NCBI GenBank assembly: GCA_964620965.1
Contig: CAZUHV010000001.1
Location: forward strand, 85,839 to 149,838
Source of the DNA: an uncultured Pseudomonadales bacterium
GTDB lineage: Bacteria > Patescibacteriota > Microgenomatia > UBA1400 > PJMF01
Direction: 5' to 3'
DNA: 64,000 nt
Under the pieces are notes generated by a model. It ran no database searches. It was not told the origin of the DNA and saw nothing but the letters and a program-made list of their open reading frames with translations. Made by a program: the position numbers and the translations under genes. This document shows positions 10,253 through 19,605 of the stretch, piece after piece (within the stretch, counting starts at the first letter, position 1; each line of letters starts with the position of its first letter).

Positions 10253-11542
10253 CTATCTTCCAACTCCAAAATAAGTATATCCTTGTTCAACCAATTTTTC
10301 TTTCGAAAACTGGTTTCTTGCATCAATAAAAATTTGTTTTTTATCTTCTTTTACTTTCCCAAAATCAAACGCAACAATCTCAGACCACTCAATCAAAGCA
10401 ATAATTACATCAGCCCCCTTGCAGGCTTCTGAAATTTTTTCATGATATGTTGCATTTTTATCTTCAGGAATAAAATACTTCACAACTTCAAGTGCCTTTG
10501 GATCAAAACCTCTCACAACTGCACCTCGAGATAATAGTTCTGGGATGACTTTTACACTTGGAGCTTCTCTCATATCATCAGTATTTGGTTTAAATGAAAG
10601 ACCTAATACAGCGACTGTTTTACCCTCAAAACCACCAATTTCTTGGGAATATTGTTCTAGTAATTTACCAATCCTGTATTCATTCAGTTCATTTATCTTG
10701 TTAAATAGGTTTCCATCTTCGCCAACTGTTCTTGAATAGTGAGCTAACTCTTTTACATCTTTAGGGAAACAAGAACCGCCGTATCCAAAACCAGGATACC
10801 AATAGTGACCTCCCACTCTCTTATCTTCACTAATTGCGTTAATAACCTCTTGTACATCAGCACCATTTTTTTCACATAAATCAGCAATTTGATTAATAAA
10901 AGTGATTCTTGTTGCTAAATAAGCATTTGCTGCATACTTTGCCATTTGAGCAGATTCTGGACTCACTTTAATTACAGGAGCCTGCAATGGTTTGTGCAGC
11001 TCTTCAAGAATGTCATATGCGTATTTTCTTGTAGCACCAATAACAATTCTATCTGGATGTAACGTATCATGAACTGCGGTTCCTTCTTTTAAGAATTCTG
11101 GAACTGAAGCTGTCGCAAACTCAACTTTTGTTAGTTTTTCAATATGTTCTGCTACCACTGGTAAAGTTCCAGGTGGAACTGTAGATTTAACAACCACAAC
11201 TGCACGTTCTTTTAAATATGGAGCAGCACTTTCGCTGGCAGCAAAAACAAACCTCAGATCAGCATTACCATCTGCAGCCGAAGGAGTTCCAACTGCAATC
11301 ACAATTACATCAGAGTTTGTCACGGCTTCTTGGTATGATGTTGTAAAAGTAAGGTTACCCTCTTTTTGCGTATGAGCAAGTAATTCCTCAAGGTTTGGTT
11401 CAAAAAAAGGAACTTTTGAGTTTCTTAAAGAAGCTATCTTCTTCTCATCTATATCAAGACCAACAACTTCATGACCAAAAGAAGCATAAACAGCAGCTGT
11501 CACAACCCCTACAAATCCTGTACCTATAACTGTAATTTTCAT
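10253..11542 (-). CDS. ugd: UDP-glucose/GDP-mannose 6-dehydrogenase
   Basis: GTGFVG, VGTP, PEFLKEG, catalytic GGSCFPKD, FKPNTDDMRE. Confidence 0.92.
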   Translation of the reverse strand: MKITVIGTGFVGVVTAAVYASFGHEVVGLDIDEKKIASLRNSKVPFFEPNLEELLAHTQKEGNLTFTTSYQEAVTNSDVIVIAVGTPSAADGNADLRFVFAASESAAPYLKERAVVVVKSTVPPGTLPVVAEHIEKLTKVEFATASVPEFLKEGTAVHDTLHPDRIVIGATRKYAYDILEELHKPLQAPVIKVSPESAQMAKYAANAYLATRITFINQIADLCEKNGADVQEVINAISEDKRVGGHYWYPGFGYGGSCFPKDVKELAHYSRTVGEDGNLFNKINELNEYRIGKLLEQYSQEIGGFEGKTVAVLGLSFKPNTDDMREAPSVKVIPELLSRGAVVRGFDPKALEVVKYFIPEDKNATYHEKISEACKGADVIIALIEWSEIVAFDFGKVKEDKKQIFIDARNQFSKEKLVEQGYTYFGVGR

Positions 11543-11600
11543 ATCTATCTCTTTCTATACTATACCAATAAAGCAAAGTCTGTGTGAGATTTCAAGTATA

Positions 11601-12647
11601 TCACTTTTCGACCTGGCTTGTGGCATGAGCTGATCTGGAAACTTCTTCAGGACTAATCCATACATATGAATTAAATACCCAATCAACTAATTTCGTAGTT
11701 TCTAGGTACCTGTCATCACTACCCATAACCACAACTATAATATTGTGATTTTCTCTCTTAAATTGTGTAATAAGTACTTGTGCAGCCCCTTCAGTTGTTC
11801 CCGTCTTGATACCAACTACCGTCGGATCAACTCCTAACAACTTGTGTGTTGATTCAAAAGCATGTGTGTATTCACCAGATAAATCAGTAATCTCTGCAGT
11901 TTTTGTTGCAACCACAGAAGCTAAAAATTCATTTTTCATGAACTCTTTACTTAAAATTACTAAATCGTGTGCAGAGCTTCGTTGGACATCATCGTCAAAA
12001 CCGGCAGGGTTTTTGTACTGAGTGCTTTGCAACTGAAGAGCTTGTGCTTTTGTATTCATTTTTTGCACAAAATTTTCAATCCCTGCCGAAGAACTCAGAG
12101 CAAGGATATACGCTGCATCATTATTAGATTGAATTAAAGTAGCCTTTAATAAATCTTTTACATACATTTGTTCGCCAACAGCAAATTCATAACTAAAGCC
12201 CTCAATACGAGGCAGTTCTGGAACAACAATAACTTGATCCAATTGAAATTCATCAAGTGCAACTAGAGCAGTCATAAGTTTAGTCGTTGAGGCTGGAAGT
12301 AAAATACGTTCACTATTCCTTTCAAATAAAACAGTTCCTGTATCAATATCTTCAACATATGCTGATTTTGCGGTAATTGAATTGGCAAAATCTTGGTAAG
12401 AAACGTAGTTTGTCGCAGAATTCGTTGCAACTAAACCAGCTCCATTTAAATCACTAGGTACATCCAAACCAAGCTTTTCTTTTAATACAGGAATCTTTTG
12501 AACTGGGACCAAATACACTTCATTCACTGGCTCTAGTTGTTCTGTTGTAAAAAACAAAGCATCTAGACCACGATAAATGACAAATGTCACCAATATAACC
12601 AAAAAACTAGCTAGCAAATAATACTTCTTTGCTTGTAAACGTTTCAT
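11601..12647 (-). CDS. dacA: D-alanyl-D-alanine carboxypeptidase (peptidase S11)
   Basis: SxxK (ASTTK), SxN (SNN), KTG; N-terminal TM. Confidence 0.88.
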   Translation of the reverse strand: MKRLQAKKYYLLASFLVILVTFVIYRGLDALFFTTEQLEPVNEVYLVPVQKIPVLKEKLGLDVPSDLNGAGLVATNSATNYVSYQDFANSITAKSAYVEDIDTGTVLFERNSERILLPASTTKLMTALVALDEFQLDQVIVVPELPRIEGFSYEFAVGEQMYVKDLLKATLIQSNNDAAYILALSSSAGIENFVQKMNTKAQALQLQSTQYKNPAGFDDDVQRSSAHDLVILSKEFMKNEFLASVVATKTAEITDLSGEYTHAFESTHKLLGVDPTVVGIKTGTTEGAAQVLITQFKRENHNIIVVVMGSDDRYLETTKLVDWVFNSYVWISPEEVSRSAHATSQVEK

Positions 12648-12670
12648 AAGACTACTCTAATTGTAGCAAT

Positions 12671-14083
12671 TTATTCTTGTTCAGGCAGTACAACTTTTAT
12701 GTGTAGTTCTTTGAGTTGCTCTTCACTAACTTCTGCTGGAGCTCCCATCACTGCAGTTCTTCCTGTAGAAGTCATAGGAAATGCTATTGCCTCTTTAAGT
12801 GATGTTTCACCAGCAAGCAGCATTACCAAACGATCTAAACCTAAAGCGATTCCACCATGTGGAGGAGTTCCAACTTCAAATGCTTCAAGCATGTGACCAA
12901 CACCTTCTTGAATTTCTTCTTCTGAATAACCCATTATTTTGAATGTAGCTTTTAAAACTTCAGCCTTATGAGCACGAATGCTTCCACCACCAGCTTCATA
13001 TCCATTACAAACTAAATCATATTGAGCTGTAACGATTTCTCCAATATTTTCACCTTTTAGATGTTGCTCTACATGTTCAGGAATCGGGGTTGAAAATGGA
13101 TTATGTGTAAATGTCCAGCCACTCTTGCCATCTGCAACTTCCGCTTTATCTGCTGTATCAACTTTCTTAAAAAAAGGAAAACTCACAACCCAAGCAAAGG
13201 CTAAAACACCTTCTTCTTTTTCTTTTTCAGTTCTTAAATCAAACTTATCTGCACCAAACTGTTTGATTGCCTCTTCATAAGTGAAAACTGGGAATGTTTC
13301 GTCTTTGAGCTTTCCTCCGACTGCTTTGACTGCATATTTTGTCATAGCTTCAACGGTGTTCATCACATCTTTTTGCTCAACAAAACTCATTTCTAAGTCA
13401 AGTTGTGTAAATTCAAAACCTCTATCTGCACGAAGGTCTTCATCACGAATACAACGTGCAACTTGAAAATAGTTTTCTACTCCTGCTGTCATCAAAAGCT
13501 GTTTATATTGCTGTGGACTTTGAGGTAATGCATAGAACTTTCCAGGATTAAATCTTGATGGAACAATAAAGTCACGAGCGCCTTCTTTAGTTGCTAATGA
13601 AAGCATTGGTGTTTCTACCTCAACAAAATCTTGCTTAAACAAATATTCTCTGAAAGCTTGAATAAGTGCAGAACGCATTCTTAAGGTTTTACGCATTCTC
13701 TCTCTTCGAAGATCGAGGTATCTGTATTTTAAGCGAACTTCTTCTTTAACCTCATATCCATCACCCTCAACTTGAATTGGAAGCTCTTTTGCTTTGTTAA
13801 GGATTTCATACTCTTGAACTTCAATCTCAACCGTTCCAGTTTCTGAATCTTTATTAATCATTCTTTCTGGACGGGCTTTAACTAATCCCTTAATGGAAAC
13901 TACTGATTCTGGAGTTAAGTCTCCCATCATTTGAAAACCTACGCATTGTACAGAAGCTGTATAGTCTCTTAAATCAATAAAAGTAATCTTTCCATGATCT
14001 CTTTTTGTAGAAACCCAACCTTTAAGTGTTACTGTTTCACCAACTAATTCTGGTGTTTGTTTAATTAATGTACGTTTTGACAT
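12671..14083 (-). CDS. aspS: Aspartyl-tRNA synthetase, short form without GAD domain, probably non-discriminating
   Basis: OB-fold RDHG..FIDLRD, LPQSPQQYKQ, RDEDLRADR, GGGSIR, PPHGGIALGLDR; ATG at 14083 preceded by AAGGAG. Confidence 0.95.
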   Translation of the reverse strand: MSKRTLIKQTPELVGETVTLKGWVSTKRDHGKITFIDLRDYTASVQCVGFQMMGDLTPESVVSIKGLVKARPERMINKDSETGTVEIEVQEYEILNKAKELPIQVEGDGYEVKEEVRLKYRYLDLRRERMRKTLRMRSALIQAFREYLFKQDFVEVETPMLSLATKEGARDFIVPSRFNPGKFYALPQSPQQYKQLLMTAGVENYFQVARCIRDEDLRADRGFEFTQLDLEMSFVEQKDVMNTVEAMTKYAVKAVGGKLKDETFPVFTYEEAIKQFGADKFDLRTEKEKEEGVLAFAWVVSFPFFKKVDTADKAEVADGKSGWTFTHNPFSTPIPEHVEQHLKGENIGEIVTAQYDLVCNGYEAGGGSIRAHKAEVLKATFKIMGYSEEEIQEGVGHMLEAFEVGTPPHGGIALGLDRLVMLLAGETSLKEAIAFPMTSTGRTAVMGAPAEVSEEQLKELHIKVVLPEQE

Positions 14084-14126
14084 ACATCTCCTTTTATCAA
14101 CAGGCTCTTTTTTGCAAAAATGATAC

Positions 14127-14310
14127 AAAAAAACACGTCTTGTGCCCTACTACGTTGAAAGGGCTCTTGGACGTGCGTCAAAAGCGGTGCCACCTTATCT
14201 AATACTTTATTCCTGCTATCACGGGCTTACCCGGGTTAAAAAACCTACGCAGTTTGTTTTTATACAAACACTGGTCTATTGTCAGAAGACTCTCTAGCGT
14301 ATTTTATTTT
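14127..14310 (-). ncRNA. T-box riboswitch (Asp specifier) in aspS leader, transcription-attenuation type
   Basis: AAGG-UGGCACC-GC antiterminator (14184-14196) pairing with GC-CCUU; competing terminator CACGUC..GCCCU/AGGGC..GACGUG-U7; CCCGUGAUAG stem IIA/B-like motif; GAC in a hairpin loop at 14281-14283. Confidence 0.85.
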
Positions 14311-14343
14311 GCTAAAAAGTATTGTATCAAATAAATTACTAGA

Positions 14344-14371
14344 TTGCATTCATAAAATAAAAAGCTATAAT
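14344..14371 (+). promoter_or_regulatory. sigma70-type promoter, divergent from the aspS promoter (TGATACAAT on minus at 14321-14329)
   Basis: TTGCAT-N16-TATAAT. Confidence 0.5.
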
Positions 14372-14386
14372 CAGGAACTGAAAAAT

Positions 14387-14455
14387 ATGACCCTTCTACA
14401 AACCACACACAAGCAACAAATGATTACCCTTTTTAGTAATAAGGTGCGGGTTTGA
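14387..14455 (+). CDS. Putative 22-aa attenuator leader peptide MTLLQTTHKQQMITLFSNKVRV
   Basis: ATG with upstream AGGA; its 3' end GCGGGTTT is complementary to the 5' arm of the downstream terminator. Confidence 0.45.
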   Translation: MTLLQTTHKQQMITLFSNKVRV

Positions 14456-14484
14456 TTGGAAAAAAATAGTATAGAAAAAAAATG

Positions 14485-14514
14485 AAAACCCGCCAAAATA
14501 GGCGGTTTTTTTTT
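14485..14514 (+). terminator. Intrinsic terminator/attenuator ahead of the 14522 ORF
   Basis: CCGCC-AAAATA-GGCGG followed by T9. Confidence 0.7.
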
Positions 14515-14521
14515 GAAAAAA

Positions 14522-14893
14522 ATGAGAACGACAATAGAACAAAAAATAACTTCTCCTCCTGAAATTGATCTTGCTACAAAAAAAGCAGAAATTAGTGCAA
14601 GGAAAAAAGAGAAATATAAAAAAAGATTAGAACAAGCATATGCTGAATACGAAGTAATCCGTGCAGAGTTTTTAAGAAGGATTGCTCAAGAAGCTGGGAT
14701 TACAATCAATCAACTCAATGATCCAGAAACTATGGATTGGGCACTCAAAAAAATACGATATCAAGAAATAAAACCTGCGGTCATTAAGGGATCAAAAAGT
14801 GATCCTAGAGTAAAAGCAGAACGAAAAAAAGGTTACGCTCAAAAAATAAGAAGAAAAAGACTCAAACAACTAGGTCGTTTGTATATCTTTTAA
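14522..14893 (+). CDS. Hypothetical, highly basic protein
   Basis: ORF with ATG at 14522; K/R-rich; overlaps the recJ 3' end by 24 bp. Confidence 0.6.
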   Translation: MRTTIEQKITSPPEIDLATKKAEISARKKEKYKKRLEQAYAEYEVIRAEFLRRIAQEAGITINQLNDPETMDWALKKIRYQEIKPAVIKGSKSDPRVKAERKKGYAQKIRRKRLKQLGRLYIF

Positions 14894-16549
14894 AATAACT
14901 TGAGGATATTTTTTTTCTCTCCATTCATTGATATCGAGAGTACCAATAAGTGATATTTTTGAGTTTACTTTTAAATCAGAATAAAAATCGCTCATTCTCC
15001 AACCCAAACAATCAAAAGCTGTTGCACCAGAGTTATCAAACTCCTGAACTTTAAGTTTAATATGCTCTTGTTCCTTACCAATTTTTTTTATTTCTAAAAC
15101 TTTTAGGTTTTTGATTTCAAAAACTGGTTGCACATTCGCCATACCATATGGAGCAAACTCTGAAAGTGACTCTATTGTTGCAACAGATATAAGCTGAACA
15201 GGAATCTCACACTCAACTTCTATTCCTCTTTCTAATTGAGATTTTTTTATTTTCTCATTTGCCAACTGAAACAATCTCTTTTTTATAGTTTCTAATTTTT
15301 CTGGCAAAAAGCTAAACCCGGCAGCCATTGGATGACCGCCTACAGAAACCAAATCATCTCTAATTTCTCTGAGAATTTCTGTAATATTTACTTCCTGTAT
15401 TGATCTTGCGGAGGCTTTTGCTAAATCTGCTCCTAGTGAAATTGCAATCGATGGTTTGTAGTATTTTTCTGATAAACCTCCAGCAATTAAACCAAGTATT
15501 CCCTCATGATATTTTTCTGAGTGCACAATAATGAGGTTCTCAGTAATAATCTCAGAAACTTGTAACATGGCATCATCAAGCATTTCTTTTGTAAGATCTT
15601 GTCTTGTTACATTTGTGGCCTGTAAAATACTAGCCAGTTCTTCTGCCTGTTTTTTATTCTTAGTGCACAATAAGCGCAAAGCATCAAGACCATGTTCGAG
15701 TCTTCCCATTGCATTAATTCGCGGGGCAATAACAAAACCAATTGTCCCTTCTGTAATCTCTGTCTGTTTAACTTGGGAAACTTTACAGAGCTCAAGAATA
15801 CCCAAATTTTTGCTTTTACGTAAAGCTTTTATACCAAATGTTGCAAAACTCCTGTTTGCCTTTAAAAGTGGCACTTGATCAGCTATCGTTGCAATACCAG
15901 CTAAATCAAGCAGTTGCTCTGCATATTCTGCATCTAAACCTTTTGCAAGCATCCAAGAAACTGTTGCTCCACATAACTGGGTTGTATGCACAATATGAGT
16001 AGCAAGAGGAAAAATTTCTGTTTCACCTTTTTTTTCTGGTTGATGATGATCTGTGACAATAACGGCAATACCTTTATCCCGTGCATATTGAACAGCCTCG
16101 TGGGCAACAATACCATTATCAACCGTTATGATCAGATCTGGGTTATAACTTGTAACAATTTCATCTATGGCAACTTGAGTAATTCCATAGCCATGTTTTT
16201 CTCTGTGAGGAATAAACGGAGCAGGATGCTTTTTACCTTCTGGATGATGAGTTTTATAGAGTTTAAACAGTACTTGCCATAAAATGGCACTCGCACAAAT
16301 TCCATCTACATCATAATCTCCAAAAATAACAATTCTTTTATCTTCTTTTAGAAACTTTTTAATAAGTTTTAATGCTCCAGAATATTCTGCTTCTGAAATT
16401 TTGAGTTGTGACACCGAAAAATCAACAGGATTTTTTGGATGTAAAAACTCTTCAGTATCTTCTTTTTGTATATTTCTATTCTTAAATACAACTTTCAAAA
16501 GAGATTCTATAGTTTTTGGAACCACATTAGATTTTTTATGCCACTTCAT
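14870..16549 (-). CDS. recJ: Single-stranded DNA exonuclease RecJ
   Basis: GDYDVDG, TVDNG, TDHH, PRINAMGRL, GGHPMAAG. Confidence 0.95.
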   Translation of the reverse strand: MKWHKKSNVVPKTIESLLKVVFKNRNIQKEDTEEFLHPKNPVDFSVSQLKISEAEYSGALKLIKKFLKEDKRIVIFGDYDVDGICASAILWQVLFKLYKTHHPEGKKHPAPFIPHREKHGYGITQVAIDEIVTSYNPDLIITVDNGIVAHEAVQYARDKGIAVIVTDHHQPEKKGETEIFPLATHIVHTTQLCGATVSWMLAKGLDAEYAEQLLDLAGIATIADQVPLLKANRSFATFGIKALRKSKNLGILELCKVSQVKQTEITEGTIGFVIAPRINAMGRLEHGLDALRLLCTKNKKQAEELASILQATNVTRQDLTKEMLDDAMLQVSEIITENLIIVHSEKYHEGILGLIAGGLSEKYYKPSIAISLGADLAKASARSIQEVNITEILREIRDDLVSVGGHPMAAGFSFLPEKLETIKKRLFQLANEKIKKSQLERGIEVECEIPVQLISVATIESLSEFAPYGMANVQPVFEIKNLKVLEIKKIGKEQEHIKLKVQEFDNSGATAFDCLGWRMSDFYSDLKVNSKISLIGTLDINEWREKKYPQVILKDIQTT

Positions 16550-16629
16550 ATTAGTACTATACCACTTCTCAAATAATTTACTCTGCTTGAAACCTGTTTA
16601 TTTAACCTGGTACAATCTAAAGTTAGATT

Positions 16630-18216
16630 ATGGTAACTATAGAAAAAATTACAGTTTCAATAGAAGCACTCTATATTTTATATTGTCTGCAAAAACAAAA
16701 ATATGAGGGGTATATTGTTGGAGGAGCTGTCCGCGACACCTTAAGAGATTCTTTACTGTCAAAAAAACTTGATTCAACAAAAATGCTTACCGCTTCTGAC
16801 TATGATTTCACAACAAATGCAAAACCAGAAGAAATCCAAACTATTTTTCCAGAAAACTTTTATGATAATGTTTTTGGTACTGTTGGGATCGCTCAAAAAC
16901 ACCTCCTAGAGCAAATGGGCAAACCAGTTGATCCTAAAATTGAAGAAAAAACTGACCAAAATAACCAGGTGATCAATTTAGACTCTGCAACAAAAATTCA
17001 TGAATCTTTACAAAACTCTAACTCTGAGACAAAAAACTTTGAAAAAAAACAAAAAGATATCTATGAAATAACTACGTTTCGTTCTGATGGCGTGTACAAC
17101 GACCACAGAAGACCAGAAACTGTAACTTGGGGAAACACATTACAAGAAGACTTAAGTAGGAGAGATTTTACTATAAATGCAATGGCAATTAAAATTTCTC
17201 AATCATTTTTAGAAACAATAGATTTTGCAACCGCACAACCAGCTCTAACAGTAACAACAGAAAATTATGAAATTATAGACCTTCATAATGGAATGGAAGA
17301 TCTTGAATCTGAAATTATCAAAACAGTTGGTAATCCAAATAAACGTTTTACTGAAGATGCCTTAAGAATGCTTCGAGCAATTCGATTTTCTGTTCAGTTA
17401 AATATGCAGATTGATGAAGAAACTTTTGAAGCGATTCTCAAAAACTCACATCTGCTTCAACATATTAGCTATGAAAGAATTAGCGATGAGTTTTTAAAAA
17501 TGATTGGAAGTGAGTTTCCTAAAGAAGCAATACAAATTTTGGATGAAACAAAACTCCTAGAATATATCATTCCAGAACTTCTAGATGGAAAAGGAGTCAA
17601 GCAAGGTGGTCATCATACTACCGACGTTTGGACCCACAACCTTGATGCAATTGCTAGTTGCCCTTCTCTAGACCCAATCGTTCGCTTAGCAACTCTCTTG
17701 CACGATATTGCAAAACCTCATACCTATAAAGAAATAGATGGCAAGCCAACATTTTATAACCACGAGATTATTGGTTCGAGAATAGCAAAAAATATTGCTA
17801 GAAGGTTACGGCTCTCAAAAAGTGATGTTGAAAGGGTATTCACTCTAGTTAGATATCACATGTTTTACTATCAGCCAGATCACACAGATGCTTCTATTAG
17901 AAGGTTTATGAGAAAAGTCGGATTAGAGAACATAAATGATATTTTAGATTTACGTGAAGCAGATAGGCTTGGAAGTGGAGCCAAAAAAACAAGTTGGAGA
18001 CTCGAAGAAATGAAAGAAAGAATGGTTTCTCAACTTCACCAACCATTTGCCATAAAAGATTTAGCAATCAATGGACATGATATTATGGATACTTTTAGGA
18101 TAAAACCTGGTCCTGAACTTGGAAAAATTTTAAATGATTTATTTGAAAAAGTTTTAGAAAATCCAGAATTGAACACAAAAGAAATTTTGCTTAAAGAAGT
18201 TGAAAAAATGCTCTAG
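16630..18216 (+). CDS. cca: CCA tRNA nucleotidyltransferase with HD domain
   Basis: VGGAVRD..DYD, EDLSRRDFTINAMA, EDALRMLRAIRF, HDIAKP. Confidence 0.9.
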   Translation: MVTIEKITVSIEALYILYCLQKQKYEGYIVGGAVRDTLRDSLLSKKLDSTKMLTASDYDFTTNAKPEEIQTIFPENFYDNVFGTVGIAQKHLLEQMGKPVDPKIEEKTDQNNQVINLDSATKIHESLQNSNSETKNFEKKQKDIYEITTFRSDGVYNDHRRPETVTWGNTLQEDLSRRDFTINAMAIKISQSFLETIDFATAQPALTVTTENYEIIDLHNGMEDLESEIIKTVGNPNKRFTEDALRMLRAIRFSVQLNMQIDEETFEAILKNSHLLQHISYERISDEFLKMIGSEFPKEAIQILDETKLLEYIIPELLDGKGVKQGGHHTTDVWTHNLDAIASCPSLDPIVRLATLLHDIAKPHTYKEIDGKPTFYNHEIIGSRIAKNIARRLRLSKSDVERVFTLVRYHMFYYQPDHTDASIRRFMRKVGLENINDILDLREADRLGSGAKKTSWRLEEMKERMVSQLHQPFAIKDLAINGHDIMDTFRIKPGPELGKILNDLFEKVLENPELNTKEILLKEVEKML

Positions 18217-18219
18217 GTC

Positions 18220-18708
18220 TTATTTCAATGGCAAGCGCTGTAAAATAGGTAAATGATCAAATGCGACTTTCTCTGGTAAACTCTCTAAAGGAAACCACCT
18301 CGCTGCAACTGTTTCAATTCCATCAATAGTTAATTCTCCAGAAAACTGATTTGCTGTAAAGTAAAAATCAACTACTTGGTTTTTAGCCTTGTTTTGAGGA
18401 GTTGAAAAGACATGAAATAGTTTGAGACTTGCAGGATCAACAAGCAATCCCGTTTCTTCTTTTAGTTCTCGAGCAGCCCCTTGCTCAACTGTTTCATCCC
18501 AATCAAGATATCCTCCAGGCAAGTCCCACCAACCTTTGTCTGGTTCATCTCCTCTTTGAACAAGTAAAATTTGAGAATCTTTTAAAAGTATTACATTTGT
18601 TGCCATTGGCCGAGCATTAAATCGTGCGCAACTCCGACAAAATTCTCCTTTAGCTATTTTTCCTGTTGGATTATCCAACCAAAGTTGATGATCAGAACTA
18701 TTCGGCAT
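18220..18708 (-). CDS. NUDIX hydrolase
   Basis: Nudix box GGYLDWDETVEQGAARELKEETGL; N-terminal CxxC. Confidence 0.9.
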   Translation of the reverse strand: MPNSSDHQLWLDNPTGKIAKGEFCRSCARFNARPMATNVILLKDSQILLVQRGDEPDKGWWDLPGGYLDWDETVEQGAARELKEETGLLVDPASLKLFHVFSTPQNKAKNQVVDFYFTANQFSGELTIDGIETVAARWFPLESLPEKVAFDHLPILQRLPLK

Positions 18709-18723
18709 ACCATGACCTTTGCA

Positions 18724-19605
18724 CTACTTTTTTTTGTTTTTTTGTCTTGCAACAATATCATCCCACAAAAGTAACAGTGGTGCCGCAGTAAATGTTGATG
18801 AATAAGTTCCCGTGATAGCACCAATTAAAAGTGCAACTGCAAACCAACGAATGGTTGCACCACCCAAAAGTGAAAGCGCAGCCAACATAACAATGATTGT
18901 TACCGAGTTATTAATAGATCTGCTTAAAGTTTCTAAAACGGCTGTGTTAACCAATGACTTATACTCCATACCCGCATGTTTTCTTCGCAGTTCACGTATT
19001 CTGTCAAAAACAACAATAGTGTCGTGCACAGAAAATGAAAGTGTTGTTAACAATGCAGTCACAAACAAGACGTCAACTTGAATTCCATAAAAATGACCTA
19101 AAAGACTAAAGGAACCTAGTAACACCAATGAGTCATGAAACATAGCTAAAATTGCGGAGACACCATATTTGAGTTCATTAAACTGTCTCCAGACATAGAT
19201 TGTAATAATTCCCGCGACAAGCAATAAAGCTGTTAAAGTCTTTTGCAGTAATTCTTTACTCAACGTTGGACCAACAGATTCAAATCGTAGTTCCTGCGCT
19301 GTAGGATAAGTTTTTTGTAGTTCACTTAAAGCTACAACCTTTGTTTCATTTTGAATGTCAATACCTTCGATAACATATCTTTCTGACTCTGTTTGAGTAA
19401 TAGATCTTACTTCGTATGTTGGACTAATAATTTCTGTAATACTTTCCACAGAAGCTTGAGAATCATTTATAGAAATTTCAAGTATTGAACCCCCAACAAA
19501 ATCTATTGAAGAATTAAAACCGTATTTTAATAAAGAAATAATACTTGGAATCAATATAAGTAAAGAAATAGCAAAAAATAAATTACGAAATTTCATAATA
19601 TTCAT
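18724..19605 (-). CDS. secF: Protein translocase subunit SecF
   Basis: IDFVGGS, SVGPTLS, SVHDTIVVFDRIRE, GTYSS. Confidence 0.95.
   Translation of the reverse strand: MNIMKFRNLFFAISLLILIPSIISLLKYGFNSSIDFVGGSILEISINDSQASVESITEIISPTYEVRSITQTESERYVIEGIDIQNETKVVALSELQKTYPTAQELRFESVGPTLSKELLQKTLTALLLVAGIITIYVWRQFNELKYGVSAILAMFHDSLVLLGSFSLLGHFYGIQVDVLFVTALLTTLSFSVHDTIVVFDRIRELRRKHAGMEYKSLVNTAVLETLSRSINNSVTIIVMLAALSLLGGATIRWFAVALLIGAITGTYSSTFTAAPLLLLWDDIVARQKNKKK

Noticed and set aside
14084-14128. N-terminal extension of AspRS in the ORF track
   Set aside because: Lies in the T-box terminator tail; the SD-supported start is 14083
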